From: a virus
Lineage: Duplodnaviria; Caudoviricetes
DNA: 37,912 bases
IMG/VR virus record: IMGVR_UViG_3300044568_002739
Coordinates: 1 to 37,912 of that record
Direction: 5' to 3' (one strand)
Shown: piece after piece, positions 18,633 to 28,517 of the stretch
How positions within the stretch are numbered: the first letter of the stretch is position 1
Layout of the letters: every line of letters starts with the position of its first letter
Made by a program: the position numbers and the translations under genes
Notes under the pieces: generated by a model
Databases searched by the model: none
Told to the model about the DNA's origin: nothing
The model's input: the letters and a program-made list of their open reading frames with translations, nothing else

Positions 18633-20894
18633 TTATTTATTAGGCACTATTACACCACTTTCTGCTCCTATCGGGTCTGTTCCCGCTAGAGGAACTGCTC
18701 CTGGGATAGGACCGTTTTTAGTTCCCAAGCTTATGTTAAATGTATCTGGACCCTTTGTGTTTCCAAGATCTACAGGTGCCATAGGAATAAAGTCTCCCGT
18801 GGTTGGTGGGTACTCTCTACCAATATCTCCTCTTCTGTAGTTAGGAGACGTAGCGCTATACACTGGGGCTGGTGGGGTTTCGAAGGTGTTAGACGGAGAT
18901 CTAAGTTCGTTCCCTGCAACAATCGGGGATTCTGGAGAATACACCTGGCCAATGTTTCTTTCTGAAAATGAGGAGGACACGTTATCAGGATAAACTTTTC
19001 CTGCGGGGCTTGGATAAGCTCTATCGGGAACACCTAAATCTGATCCGGGAACTGAAGCATACTCGTCAATTTTAAAACCTGGGTATGCTCTATCTGGGAC
19101 ACCAAGATCTCTGCCAGGAACATCCGCATATACGTCTCCACCTGGAGCAGGATAAATTCGATCTGGCACACCAAGATCAGACCCTGGTGATGTTGGATAA
19201 GCGTCCCCACCCGGAGCAGGGTAGATTCTATCAGGCACACCAAGATCAGACCCTGGTGATGTTGGATAAGCGTCCCCACCCGGAGCAGGGTAGATTCTAT
19301 CAGGCACACCAAGATCAGACCCTGGTGAGGTTGGATAAGCGTCCCCACCTGGAGCAGGGTAAACTCTTCCGGGAACTCCTAAGTCTGGTCCAGGAACAGT
19401 AAGATAAACGTCCTTGTCGGTCTGGATTGTTGGGTAAAGTCTATCTGGAGGTCCGCCCAGTCCAACACTCTGTGGGGTGGGCAGATTTCCAGCAAACACG
19501 TTGTCGATTCCGGTCTGAGCTGCTCCATTGAGGAAATTCTGAGCATTGAAAAATCCAAACTGCCCTCCTTGATTGGTCAGTCTTGCCAGCTGAGCTGGGT
19601 TAAAGCTATAGATGTTTCCTAGCATGCTTTGACTGATTCCTCCAAAAGCTGGAGTTATGTATTGGGCTATCCCTTCGTTGATCAGGTCGCTGATTGCTTG
19701 TGAGGTGATATTGGTCAAGGCTTCTCTCCCTAGACTAACTATAGTTTCTAGATCTAGGGTGTCGTTATAGATCTGAACCGTACTTCTGTTTTGGTCGTAG
19801 GCATCTGAAAGAACGAGATAGTTTCCGTCTGTTCTGATGTTTGGAAACTGGGTCTTCATTCTCACTTTTCCCACGTGGATATCAAAAGAAACTTTTGCTG
19901 CATCTGGTTCTATCCCGGCATCAATAGTCGAGAATGGAGAAGATTTAGAAAAATCAAATTCACACTGTTGGCACTCGTAGATCAGGACTGGTTTAATTCC
20001 ACTTTGGTCCTGTTGATTTCTGAACGAATCTATGTCGTTCATCAGTCCGGATTGGGAAAGCACACCCCTCGTAAAAGAGTTGAAAGCATTTCCTGCCCCT
20101 GCTGGTTGTCTTTCCCCGGGGGGTGTGTTTGCTAGGGATCCTCCTGGATTTCGATTGGAGGAGACGAGAGAAGATAAGTCGTCCAGAGCAGAAACTGCTG
20201 CAGACGAGCCGGTAAGTCTAGTTGTTTTAAAGAAATTTCTAATCTCCGTCACGTAGATCCACATCGTGAATTTTCTCAGATTTCTAGGAACTAGCCATCT
20301 CATGTGGTCTGCATCAAACATTGCTTGATTATAGAGATTGGCAAGGGCTGTCATTCTCATGTTTAGAGATTCGAGACAGTTGATGGTCAATTTCTTGCCT
20401 GCAGTTCTAGCAGAACTATAGGAGTCCGTTCCCGCCTCAGTTTGAAATCCAGAGACATTGATCTTCTCAAGGTCGCTGAGTCCTTCAACAGACTGAAAAA
20501 ACCAAGGGGAATTGTTGTTGATGTCCTGCAGCAGGATTTGAAACTGTCTAAGAGCATTAGCTCTCTTGAGGGCATTTCCTTTTAAATAAGATGCATCCCT
20601 CTGCAGAAGGTAATTATAGGCAGAATAATAGACGACGTTGGTTGAGGTGAAGTCATATTGAGGTTGCCCAAACATGTTCTGAGGCATGTTGGCAGCTCCG
20701 TCGGTTGTTGTGTAGTTTGGAACCCTCAGCAGAGGACTCGGAGCCCATCCATATTCTAGGTTGACCGGAAGAGACCCAAAATCAAACACAAATTTAAACC
20801 CGAGGTAGGTTGGATCCTCGTTTGCTCCGGATCTGGAGAGATTAAATCCCTTTAAAAATAAGGATCTGTTTCTATCTGTTGCTTGAATTCCCAT
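18633..20894 (-). CDS. Probable baseplate/tube-associated structural protein with C-terminal 23-aa Pro/Gly tandem repeats (753 aa)
   Basis: Lies between hub-like and spike genes; globular N-terminal region plus a repeat tail. Confidence 0.55.
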   Translation of the reverse strand: MGIQATDRNRSLFLKGFNLSRSGANEDPTYLGFKFVFDFGSLPVNLEYGWAPSPLLRVPNYTTTDGAANMPQNMFGQPQYDFTSTNVVYYSAYNYLLQRDASYLKGNALKRANALRQFQILLQDINNNSPWFFQSVEGLSDLEKINVSGFQTEAGTDSYSSARTAGKKLTINCLESLNMRMTALANLYNQAMFDADHMRWLVPRNLRKFTMWIYVTEIRNFFKTTRLTGSSAAVSALDDLSSLVSSNRNPGGSLANTPPGERQPAGAGNAFNSFTRGVLSQSGLMNDIDSFRNQQDQSGIKPVLIYECQQCEFDFSKSSPFSTIDAGIEPDAAKVSFDIHVGKVRMKTQFPNIRTDGNYLVLSDAYDQNRSTVQIYNDTLDLETIVSLGREALTNITSQAISDLINEGIAQYITPAFGGISQSMLGNIYSFNPAQLARLTNQGGQFGFFNAQNFLNGAAQTGIDNVFAGNLPTPQSVGLGGPPDRLYPTIQTDKDVYLTVPGPDLGVPGRVYPAPGGDAYPTSPGSDLGVPDRIYPAPGGDAYPTSPGSDLGVPDRIYPAPGGDAYPTSPGSDLGVPDRIYPAPGGDVYADVPGRDLGVPDRAYPGFKIDEYASVPGSDLGVPDRAYPSPAGKVYPDNVSSSFSERNIGQVYSPESPIVAGNELRSPSNTFETPPAPVYSATSPNYRRGDIGREYPPTTGDFIPMAPVDLGNTKGPDTFNISLGTKNGPIPGAVPLAGTDPIGAESGVIVPNK
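18981..19394 (-). repeat. In-frame 69-bp tandem repeat, six units (PGSDLGVPDRIYPAPGGDAYPTS)
   Basis: The 69-nt period is directly visible (gcgtccccac at 19201, 19270, 19339). Central units are near-identical; outer units are diverged. Confidence 0.95.
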
Positions 20895-20909
20895 GGGTTT
20901 TTGTTATAT

Positions 20910-22433
20910 TTATCTGTTATCTGTATTAACCGTATTTGTAACCACGTTGATCGGAAACGCCTTCGGAAGATTACCAGCACTGTTAAGAAACCATTCTCTC
21001 TTGCAGAGGTTGAGTATTTGATAAAATCCCCTTGTGGTGTCCCATCCGATGGTGTATCCCATCAGAACGTAGTTTCCCGATAGGAATTGGTCCAGGACCA
21101 TCCCTGCGCTGTGCTGAGATTTTTGATCGTTAGAGATTCCGGTGTTCTCCATTCTTGGACCTTTCTGTGTTGTATAGATTGCAACAGGGACACATTGCCC
21201 TCTGTAAAATCCAGCAAAGTAGGAAAGGGTTTCCACCTGGAGGGTAAACTTAGTTACGTCCGAAAGATTAAGTGGATTCTGAACTCTAGCCTGTAGGTAG
21301 TTAGGATGAACCTGCCCTTCTGCTCCAGAATCTAGAATTCCCATCCATTTTTTTCTAACCTCCTTTAGATATTCTTTCTCCGAAGCTCTTCCCCTTTGAA
21401 GAACCATATTCTCCTGGACGTCTTCCGTGGTAGTTGCCTGGATGGAATAAGAAACACTTTTAACGGCTGCGGACTCATTGTATTCTGTGTTTTCGTCGTA
21501 GAATTGAACCACCTGGACATACCCCATCTGATTTGTGGTGTTTCCCGCCTCGCTGATTAAAGTATATCCGTTAATAAAAAATGGATATCCTGCATAATAA
21601 GTAGCATTAGTAACCAGGAGGGGAAGCTCAGTTGATTGAAGCTCAATTCCAGGAAAAAGTGTGTCGTTGGCTGCTCCTTTAGCAGCTCCAACTTGAACTT
21701 TTACTGTCTGGCTTACATCTTTGGCTTCCAGCTGATTATTGATGTTAACGAAGTTTAGGTTATAATAGACATCAACCCAGGTAGCATAGAAACTTCTGTC
21801 GTCCTTATAAGAACTGATCGACACATCCTTGATGAAATTATAGTAAGAAAGATTTGGACAGATCCAAGTCATAGTGTCGTTCATATTAGGGTCGTTGGTT
21901 GCAAAGCCTAGATCCAGATCCTGAGAGACTTGGAAAAGGGTATCATAAGACGTCTTGTTCCTGTATGCTTTACAGACCTCGGTATAAAATCCAGGAACTC
22001 TACACTCCCCTAAAATAGAGAAAACAATCAGGTCCCCCTCAGATGTCTTAGAAACATTGGAGTCCACACTAAGAATGTTAAAGTCCATTCTAATGGGCTT
22101 ATAAACATTGATGTTAGATCTAATGTAGACGGAAGCAATGTCCCCGTCCTTCGGATAGCTGACGGTTAGGAAAGTAGCACTTCCTGTATAGAACTTAAAG
22201 CTCACAACGGGTAGGATTTCGTTTAGGTCAAGGCTAAAGTCCATTAGGAACTTGTTTACGAAGTATCCGTTGATGTAGATTATAGGTTTAAAGTATCCAG
22301 CCTCTTTTTCGTCCGAATCCCGCAAAAACATGTCTGGAGAATCTACATTTCCTGTCCTATTCGCAATCGCAAGTTCGTCGACAACGATTCCCGTTTTAGC
22401 GTAGTTTCTAATTATAATTGACTCCGCTGCCAT
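20910..22433 (-). CDS. Baseplate hub protein, T4 gp27/P2 gpD-like (507 aa)
   Basis: Size and position between the LysM/gp53-like and spike genes; C-terminal RGQCVPVAI...DQFLSGNYVLMG...FYQILNLCKREW pattern typical of hub proteins. Confidence 0.6.
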   Translation of the reverse strand: MAAESIIIRNYAKTGIVVDELAIANRTGNVDSPDMFLRDSDEKEAGYFKPIIYINGYFVNKFLMDFSLDLNEILPVVSFKFYTGSATFLTVSYPKDGDIASVYIRSNINVYKPIRMDFNILSVDSNVSKTSEGDLIVFSILGECRVPGFYTEVCKAYRNKTSYDTLFQVSQDLDLGFATNDPNMNDTMTWICPNLSYYNFIKDVSISSYKDDRSFYATWVDVYYNLNFVNINNQLEAKDVSQTVKVQVGAAKGAANDTLFPGIELQSTELPLLVTNATYYAGYPFFINGYTLISEAGNTTNQMGYVQVVQFYDENTEYNESAAVKSVSYSIQATTTEDVQENMVLQRGRASEKEYLKEVRKKWMGILDSGAEGQVHPNYLQARVQNPLNLSDVTKFTLQVETLSYFAGFYRGQCVPVAIYTTQKGPRMENTGISNDQKSQHSAGMVLDQFLSGNYVLMGYTIGWDTTRGFYQILNLCKREWFLNSAGNLPKAFPINVVTNTVNTDNR

Positions 22434-22439
22434 AATTTA

Positions 22440-23027
22440 TTATAGAGGTAGACCGTTAGGGTTAGGACCAGCTGCGCTGACGCTAGGGCCAAGAGCAATG
22501 ACCTGAGGAGTCTTGAGAACTTGAACTTCTCCCTGCTGAAGAACATTAGGGGGAAGAGCCTGTGGAATTGGATTTTTAGCTTGCGTCTGTGCTTCGACGA
22601 ATTTCTTTCTAGAATCGCTGACCTGGAAGGCTTTATTTTCCTGGGATCTTCTAAAAGCAGTATTTGGGTTAGTCGTAGTGTTGTTTTGGGCTAGTAATTT
22701 TCTCTTCTGGTCAAATGCTGCGTCCAGTCTATCTTGCACTGGGATGGCAAAAAGCATCCCTTCGTTAATAGCAAAAGGATTAGAATAAGAATTTATCTTC
22801 ATTAGGGACCCAATGTTGGTCAGGTTTCCATATGCCTGAAGACAGATTAAGTCAGGCCTCATCTGGGTCTCCTCAGTAACCGTGTAGAATTTACTTATCT
22901 TTAGGTTGATCCGAGAAAAACTAACAGAAGATCTAGTCATGTCCCAGATCCCAACACCTTGATCCATTAGATCTTTATTGGGATTGAAAATGTTCTTATT
23001 TCTCGAGAGTGTATCTATTTCTATCAT
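22440..23027 (-). CDS. Baseplate wedge protein, T4 gp53/LysM-like (195 aa)
   Basis: YTVTEETQMRPDLICLQAYGN...LMKINSYSNPFAINEGMLFAIP matches the gp53/gpX LysM-like motif. Confidence 0.8.
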   Translation of the reverse strand: MIEIDTLSRNKNIFNPNKDLMDQGVGIWDMTRSSVSFSRINLKISKFYTVTEETQMRPDLICLQAYGNLTNIGSLMKINSYSNPFAINEGMLFAIPVQDRLDAAFDQKRKLLAQNNTTTNPNTAFRRSQENKAFQVSDSRKKFVEAQTQAKNPIPQALPPNVLQQGEVQVLKTPQVIALGPSVSAAGPNPNGLPL

Positions 23028-23037
23028 GCTCTAATTT

Positions 23038-24996
23038 TTATTGTGGTTCAGATCCTGGCTGTTGCTGGTTGAACAGATTTTCTGGTCCGAAGAAGTTTCC
23101 TATTGCAGTGGTGGTATCACTAGAATCAGTGGTAATAACTTGACCCTGAGTAGTTCCGAATGCTCCAACAGACTGTGAGTTTGAATAAACAGGCGCAACT
23201 GACTGGTAGAGTCTTCCTTCACCTCTATTAAACATAGATTCAATTTCTCCTCTTTCCCTCTCCCTTGCTTGTTGGAGGGTAATGGTTGCAGTTATCTCTG
23301 TCGGAAAATCGTCCGGTCCCAACGTGTCACCAAAAGAGATGCTAAGATCCTTGCAGACTAGGTTACCCATCATTGCAATCGGGTTACATGGGTTTCCAAC
23401 CACCAAATGCCACTCTCCAGTAGGTGCACCAGTAAGAACAGACATCGGGAGAACTAAATCCTTAACGAAGGTTTCAGTTAGAGAATACAGAAGGAGATTG
23501 TTTACCTGGCTGCTGTTTCCAAAATCCGAAGCAAGATCTTTTAGTGTTTTATCGTTTAACTGGTTGACAGTCTGAGCTAAAAAATCTTTAGCTTTGGTCA
23601 CAGAATTTAAAGTTCCGACTATCGCCTCCGCTGTAGGGTCTCCGTTGGTAGACTGGTTTGGATCTACCGCATATTTGATCAGTGTCTTAACCCATTCCAC
23701 CGGGTCAGAATAAAATCTGGCTAGACCTTCGTCTCCTCCAGGAAAGTTGACGGCAGGAAATTGGTTATTATATCGTATTTCGGGGGTCAGAAAGTTTCCG
23801 TAGTTGGTGCAGAGTGCTAGCAAGTTTCCTAGGATATCCACCATTGCAGCTTTCGTGTTAACTTCGCCAACGGAGGTCAGTTCGTAGTGGAAATTCACTG
23901 CAAATTCTTTGAACATTCCATTGAGACCTTTTCCTCTGAGAATTGCTTTATCGACAGTATCAACAGAAACCCAGATAAAGTCTGAAAGAGGACCGCCCGG
24001 CTCAATTGCTTTGTCCCTGAGAGCTGTATTCCTTCTTGCTGCAGTGCTTTCTTGGAATCCACTGTCTGATGAGGAGGCAGCAAGATCTACAGCCTTCTGG
24101 ATTGCGTCAAATCCGCTTTCCCCAGCATTTCCTCCAAGACCAAATAAACTGTTGATCACATCACCAAGTTGGTTCTTAAACAGACCCTTATTAAACCCTT
24201 CTTGAGATTTAAGGGAGTCTTGTGTAAATGTAGTCCATTCCATTCCGGTACTGAATCCGATGACTCCGTCCAGAGTGTTTCCTGTATTTCCTCCCCACCA
24301 AGTAACAGCCTGAGCAACTGGTCTTCCTGCTCCCTTCACTCTAAATGAATCGCTGTTCTTAATCTTTTCTGGAAGGGAAAGATTGTCCCTCATCGGAGAA
24401 GGAAACCTTCTGAGGGTAATCATATAATTGTTCGGAATGTGTCCGTAGTATTTGCAGTAGATAAAATCTCTCCAGTAATATGGGGCAGATGCACCTCCAG
24501 TGATGTAAGATCCATGGTCTCCAGGACCAAACAGAAAACTAAAGATGTTATTCTTCCTCTGGTTTGCTACACCTAAATTTGCCTGTGTCTGTCTAACCAA
24601 GAATCCAGCGCTGGGATTTCTAGATCCTCCTGAGATGGAATTAACTTCGGATACTTTAGAGTTATATTCGGTTCTCTCCGAAAGATAGTAGTTCTCGTAA
24701 AAATTAGGGTCTTGGTTTCCGACTATCGAGTAGAACAGGTACTGCCCATACTTAGCATTGTTATAGTCGTAGATTGCCGCATTATAGAATAAGGATCTAG
24801 CAGTAGGTCCAGCATATGGATTAACCCTACCAGAGTTGTACCTCTTCTCGACCATCTCCTTGGTGGAGTTCTGTAGAAGAGTGGTGTTATTACCTGTGTT
24901 TATCCTGCCGTTAGCTCCTGGAAATCTGTCCGCAGCTGTAGGGTTGTTCGTCGATAAACTCGGTCCTTGTTGGGTAGGCTGGTTTGTTTCTGCCAT
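23038..24996 (-). CDS. Probable tail-tube initiator/baseplate protein (gp48/gp54-like, 652 aa)
   Basis: Immediately upstream of the gp53-like gene. The C-terminal MGNLVCKDLSISFG...DDFPTEITATITLQ fits a tube-fold hairpin. Family assignment is inferred mainly from position. Confidence 0.5.
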   Translation of the reverse strand: MAETNQPTQQGPSLSTNNPTAADRFPGANGRINTGNNTTLLQNSTKEMVEKRYNSGRVNPYAGPTARSLFYNAAIYDYNNAKYGQYLFYSIVGNQDPNFYENYYLSERTEYNSKVSEVNSISGGSRNPSAGFLVRQTQANLGVANQRKNNIFSFLFGPGDHGSYITGGASAPYYWRDFIYCKYYGHIPNNYMITLRRFPSPMRDNLSLPEKIKNSDSFRVKGAGRPVAQAVTWWGGNTGNTLDGVIGFSTGMEWTTFTQDSLKSQEGFNKGLFKNQLGDVINSLFGLGGNAGESGFDAIQKAVDLAASSSDSGFQESTAARRNTALRDKAIEPGGPLSDFIWVSVDTVDKAILRGKGLNGMFKEFAVNFHYELTSVGEVNTKAAMVDILGNLLALCTNYGNFLTPEIRYNNQFPAVNFPGGDEGLARFYSDPVEWVKTLIKYAVDPNQSTNGDPTAEAIVGTLNSVTKAKDFLAQTVNQLNDKTLKDLASDFGNSSQVNNLLLYSLTETFVKDLVLPMSVLTGAPTGEWHLVVGNPCNPIAMMGNLVCKDLSISFGDTLGPDDFPTEITATITLQQARERERGEIESMFNRGEGRLYQSVAPVYSNSQSVGAFGTTQGQVITTDSSDTTTAIGNFFGPENLFNQQQPGSEPQ

Positions 24997-25012
24997 TTTT
25001 TATAGTACGATT

Positions 25013-25345
25013 TTATAGGGACTGGATGGTATAAGAAATTTCACCTCTCAGGTCTTCTAGAAAATGTTCTAAATTTTCAACAAAAGACTCGGAGATGTTC
25101 TTATGAACCACCAAGATTCCGCTACACTTCGTACTATATATTCCCTGGGTAATTTTCTTCTGAACTGAGTAGTTTATTACGAACTCAGATTCTTTAGATA
25201 GGCTTCCGGTGTCGTACCCAAGGTCTTTAATAATTTTTCCGATATCGACGACAAATAGGTCTTCTTCTGTAGAAGACTTCTTCTTTGCTTCCTTTAGAGA
25301 GCATTCGGCTAGAAAAAATTTAATTTCTTGCAAATCTTCCTGCAT
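25013..25345 (-). CDS. Hypothetical protein (110 aa)
   Basis: Fills the gap in gene tiling, same strand as neighbours, TAA stop. Confidence 0.65.
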   Translation of the reverse strand: MQEDLQEIKFFLAECSLKEAKKKSSTEEDLFVVDIGKIIKDLGYDTGSLSKESEFVINYSVQKKITQGIYSTKCSGILVVHKNISESFVENLEHFLEDLRGEISYTIQSL

Positions 25346-25383
25346 TATTTGAACTCATTAGATGAAATTTGCTAGTTGATTTG

Positions 25384-25638
25384 TTATTTTTTTCCAAGAA
25401 ATCCAAAGGGATTTATCTCGGTCCCTTCTTCTTGTGAATTTTGAGTTGTGTCGGGGGAAACTGATTCTCCCTCGATTTGATAGTTTTTTAGCTCCTGGAG
25501 ATAATGAGTGTGGAGATGATCACCTGCTTGGTTAGATCTTTGATATCTTCCGACCATCTGATTGTAGTTCTCCTTTTTAGCAAGTAGCCCCATTTGTTTG
25601 GCATGCTCCCTTCTATTTCTCCTCGATAAACTTGACAT
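25384..25638 (-). CDS. Hypothetical protein with basic N-terminus (84 aa)
   Basis: Begins MSSLSRRNRRE; tightly packed after the Nudix gene. Confidence 0.65.
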   Translation of the reverse strand: MSSLSRRNRREHAKQMGLLAKKENYNQMVGRYQRSNQAGDHLHTHYLQELKNYQIEGESVSPDTTQNSQEEGTEINPFGFLGKK

Positions 25639-25643
25639 TTTTC

Positions 25644-26234
25644 TTATGCTTGCGTGTTATCTCCCTGAGTCGATCCAAAATCAAAATCAGAGGAAGGAGT
25701 TTGAATGTCCATTCCTAGGACATATTTAAACAGCTTAAGGAAAAGTCCAGGAATGAAAATATCTTTTTCCTTGATAACGTCGTTAGCTGGAATGAATTTA
25801 AATTCAGCTGCTTGCTCCATTGGGCTTCCGTCCGTCTTTGGTTCCTCTTTTGTAATCCCGGTAACATCAACTGCAAAACAGGGTTGCTCGTGATCGACAA
25901 ACTTAGAAGATGTAACAGATCCAAGATAGTACCACTTAGCAATATCCGGAACGTTAAATCCAGTCTCCTCATACAACTCCCTTTGAGCAGTAGAAAGTAG
26001 ATCCCCGTCCTCGTCGTCGGTTGTTCCTGTTACTAGGCTGATGTGGTGTCCATCCTCTCTAAATGGGTTTGGTTCTTTTAGTACCCCGACAGATAGGGGT
26101 AAACCCTGGTCGTCTGATGTAAAAGGCATAACTACTACGTTGGTGAATAGGGGTTTAATTCCAACCATTCCCCCGCAGTCGAGGAGGTGGAAACTCTCGG
26201 TCTCGTGGAGGGTCTTAATCTTCGGAAAGTTCAT
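25644..26234 (-). CDS. Nudix hydrolase (196 aa)
   Basis: Nudix box GTTDDEDGDLLSTAQRELYEETGF, a variant of Gx5Ex7REUxEExGU. Confidence 0.85.
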   Translation of the reverse strand: MNFPKIKTLHETESFHLLDCGGMVGIKPLFTNVVVMPFTSDDQGLPLSVGVLKEPNPFREDGHHISLVTGTTDDEDGDLLSTAQRELYEETGFNVPDIAKWYYLGSVTSSKFVDHEQPCFAVDVTGITKEEPKTDGSPMEQAAEFKFIPANDVIKEKDIFIPGLFLKLFKYVLGMDIQTPSSDFDFGSTQGDNTQA

Positions 26235-26874
26235 CTTGTTCTATTTCTTCTTTTTTAACTTGCTTAACTGAACTGGTCTTTTTAGTCTCGTAGAATGAAG
26301 TCTTAATAGATTCTGCAATTGCATTTCTAATGTCTTCAATCTCAACTCCTTCTGTTACATAGCTTGCTATCTCTGTCTCGGCATCTTCAAAAGAGGTCAC
26401 AAGGACGTTATAGAGAGACTTAGTTGGCAGATTTAGCTTCAGACTAATATTAACATTGACCCAATTTGGTTTTTGCTTTTTAAGTAACTTATATATCGGA
26501 GATTCCTCTACACCGACTTGGACCGAATTACCGTAGTCGATGGAGTTAACTGATCCTTTTTTATCTGCCGATTTTTTAGGCTGAGGATTGACTGGAGCGG
26601 GTTGGGAAATTCCGAAGTCGACCGGAGTAGCCGGAAACATGTCCATGAATTCAGAAAGAAGTTCAACGTTCATTCTTCCTCCCCCCTGGAAGGAGACAAA
26701 TTTCATTCCTCCTGCCTCTACGACGCTGTGGTATTTTTCTACCATTCCTGCCTGTTCACCTTTTATCCACTGGAAATCTGAATTTTTTAGCTCGGTGTCA
26801 AGTTCCTCCAGAGTTTTTTCTGCAAAGTTCATTTTATTTTTCTTTTTAAATATGCTTCTTATTAATTTCAACAT
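26215..26874 (-). CDS. Hypothetical protein (219 aa; alternative start at 26832)
   Basis: Overlaps the Nudix start by 20 nt; preceded by a promoter-like gap. Confidence 0.7.
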   Translation of the reverse strand: MLKLIRSIFKKKNKMNFAEKTLEELDTELKNSDFQWIKGEQAGMVEKYHSVVEAGGMKFVSFQGGGRMNVELLSEFMDMFPATPVDFGISQPAPVNPQPKKSADKKGSVNSIDYGNSVQVGVEESPIYKLLKKQKPNWVNVNISLKLNLPTKSLYNVLVTSFEDAETEIASYVTEGVEIEDIRNAIAESIKTSFYETKKTSSVKQVKKEEIEQDELSED

Positions 26875-26893
26875 TTGGATGTTGGCTTCTTGT

Positions 26894-26922
26894 ATTATAC
26901 ACTGGACAAGAGGAATGTTTCC
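26894..26922 (-). promoter_or_regulatory. Putative early/middle promoter GGAAAC-N17-TATAAT
   Basis: Lies in a 105-nt intergenic gap lacking GATATATA; a similar element precedes the kinase gene. Confidence 0.4.
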
Positions 26923-26979
26923 TTTCCAAAGGTTAAAATAATAAGACTTGAATTTAATCTTCTAGAAGAAAGATCGGAA

Positions 26980-27960
26980 TTAGTTCCGGGGGTCGGTAGA
27001 TCCCATGGTATATTTTTCCCTTGCTTTAGCATACATCTCATCTAAAGATTCCTCCGTCAGGGTATTCATCAGCATCTTCTTGATCAGATTTATCTCCTTT
27101 TCGCTGTCAGAAACTGATCCCACGTGCTTGGTTGACTTTGGTCTCCAGTCGTGGTTCTTTAAAATTGCATTGAGGTAGTTCACCACAGGCTCCTGGTAGA
27201 GTGCAGGATCCCTTTCGAGGCTGCTGTGGAATAAATATTTATGGATTGGGTCTTTCGCTAGGTCTGTTATTTTTCCAGTTTTTCTAGCAAATCTTCCCTG
27301 TGGGGTGTTAAAGATGGTTTCAAACCCAGGTTTATCTCGATAGATTTCAACTTGAGGGGAAGATGATCCAGAATTTAGATAGATCTTTAGATTTTTGAGG
27401 AAATTTTCTCCGTCCTTCTTCTTTAGCTCAATCTCGGATCCGTCTTCCAGATAAGCTATCCAGTGGTTGTCCTTCTTCTTCTCGACTCTGGAGACTGTGG
27501 TATCTATTCCTAGAATTTCTAGAACAGAGAGAATGTCTCCCTCTATGGACTGCTCCTGGGGAAGAGAAAAATCTTTCGACTCAACAAATGAATCTAATAG
27601 ATCATCCAGACACTGCTGGTTTTCTTCATTGTCCCACCATCTAATGTTTTTTCTAGTCTGGAGGATAGGGGAATGAGAACTCCCAGAAACATCAAAGGAG
27701 TTTTTAGGAAAAGAAATTGGGTCGGATTCTTTTCCGTCCCCATAAAGGTACTTAAGGGTTAAATCGTCTGCATCCTCTCCCAAGCAAGAAACAATGACGT
27801 TCTGATCTGTTGTTTCTCCTCCAGCTTCCGGGCAAGACGTCTTAATCTTGTAGCCCCAGTCGGTAAAAGGTCCAATAATTCCAAGATCCTTTTTATAGGA
27901 GTTTCCCTCGTTGATCGAGTAGGAGTAGTTCCAATAGTCAGATATAAAATTAACTTTCAT
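26980..27960 (-). CDS. Hypothetical protein, possible head-internal protein (probable start 27960; ORF extends to 27990)
   Basis: The ATG at 27960 overlaps the upstream gene by 11 nt. The N-terminus MKVNFISDYWNYSYSINE-G resembles the leader family. Confidence 0.65.
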   Translation of the reverse strand: MKVNFISDYWNYSYSINEGNSYKKDLGIIGPFTDWGYKIKTSCPEAGGETTDQNVIVSCLGEDADDLTLKYLYGDGKESDPISFPKNSFDVSGSSHSPILQTRKNIRWWDNEENQQCLDDLLDSFVESKDFSLPQEQSIEGDILSVLEILGIDTTVSRVEKKKDNHWIAYLEDGSEIELKKKDGENFLKNLKIYLNSGSSSPQVEIYRDKPGFETIFNTPQGRFARKTGKITDLAKDPIHKYLFHSSLERDPALYQEPVVNYLNAILKNHDWRPKSTKHVGSVSDSEKEINLIKKMLMNTLTEESLDEMYAKAREKYTMGSTDPRN

Positions 27961-28399
27961 AGTATTCATCTCTTCCAAACTCGACAACAACTTTAAAGTC
28001 TCTCACCTCCATGGATTTTCTCATGTCGATGGTGATTCTTTTTGGGTATGTTGGAATGATGTAGTCTAGCTTTTCAACAATCACCATAGCAGGATCTATA
28101 TTTACTCCTGTCTCGATTTCAAATTCAAAGGTCTTTTTGTCGTTCGGGTAATCGTCAACGTCAATTTCGAGTTCTATCCTGTGGATCTGAAAATCAATTC
28201 CGTCAATTCCTGCTTTGTTTCGGGTCACAGCTGCCTCATATTCAACCTCGCATTTAGCATCATCCACGTTCATAATCTCAGGTGGATTTCCTTTAACAAT
28301 AATATCAGTGTACTTGAGATCACAGATAAAATAGTGTTCATTAGAAAAGTTTTTACTTTTCCCGCTTAAATAAGTGCTATAGTCGTCTACCCTTGCCAT
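27950..28399 (-). CDS. Hypothetical protein (149 aa)
   Basis: ORF directly downstream of a GATATATA motif. Confidence 0.7.
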   Translation of the reverse strand: MARVDDYSTYLSGKSKNFSNEHYFICDLKYTDIIVKGNPPEIMNVDDAKCEVEYEAAVTRNKAGIDGIDFQIHRIELEIDVDDYPNDKKTFEFEIETGVNIDPAMVIVEKLDYIIPTYPKRITIDMRKSMEVRDFKVVVEFGRDEYYES

Positions 28400-28420
28400 G
28401 TCGATTGGATACTTTTTATC

Positions 28421-28428
28421 TATATATC
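28421..28428 (-). promoter_or_regulatory. Putative late promoter GATATATA
   Basis: 21 nt before the ATG at 28399. Confidence 0.65.
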
Positions 28429-28482
28429 ATCGTCCAAAGAAGTAAAACAAGGAAGTAGATCCACCGTAAATTATCGACTGAG

Positions 28483-28490
28483 AATATATA
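28483..28490 (+). promoter_or_regulatory. Putative late promoter variant AATATATA for the sole plus-strand gene
   Basis: AATATATAGA lies 27 nt before the ATG at 28518; the motif orientation flips with the gene. Confidence 0.55.
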
Positions 28491-28517
28491 GAAGGCTAAA
28501 ATAACTAAATTAAGACT

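Noticed and set aside
18981-19394. CRISPR array or DGR template/variable repeat
   Set aside because: The units are contiguous 69-bp in-frame coding repeats with no unique spacers. I saw no adenine-specific variation, and there is no cas or reverse transcriptase gene in the window.
9685-24996. T6SS or extracellular contractile injection system
   Set aside because: The gp23-like capsid, neck protein and phage-type promoter organisation indicate a true myophage.
26875-26979. tRNA or structured ncRNA in intergenic gaps
   Set aside because: All gaps are 130 nt or less and are explained by promoters or terminators; no cloverleaf or T-loop motif was seen.
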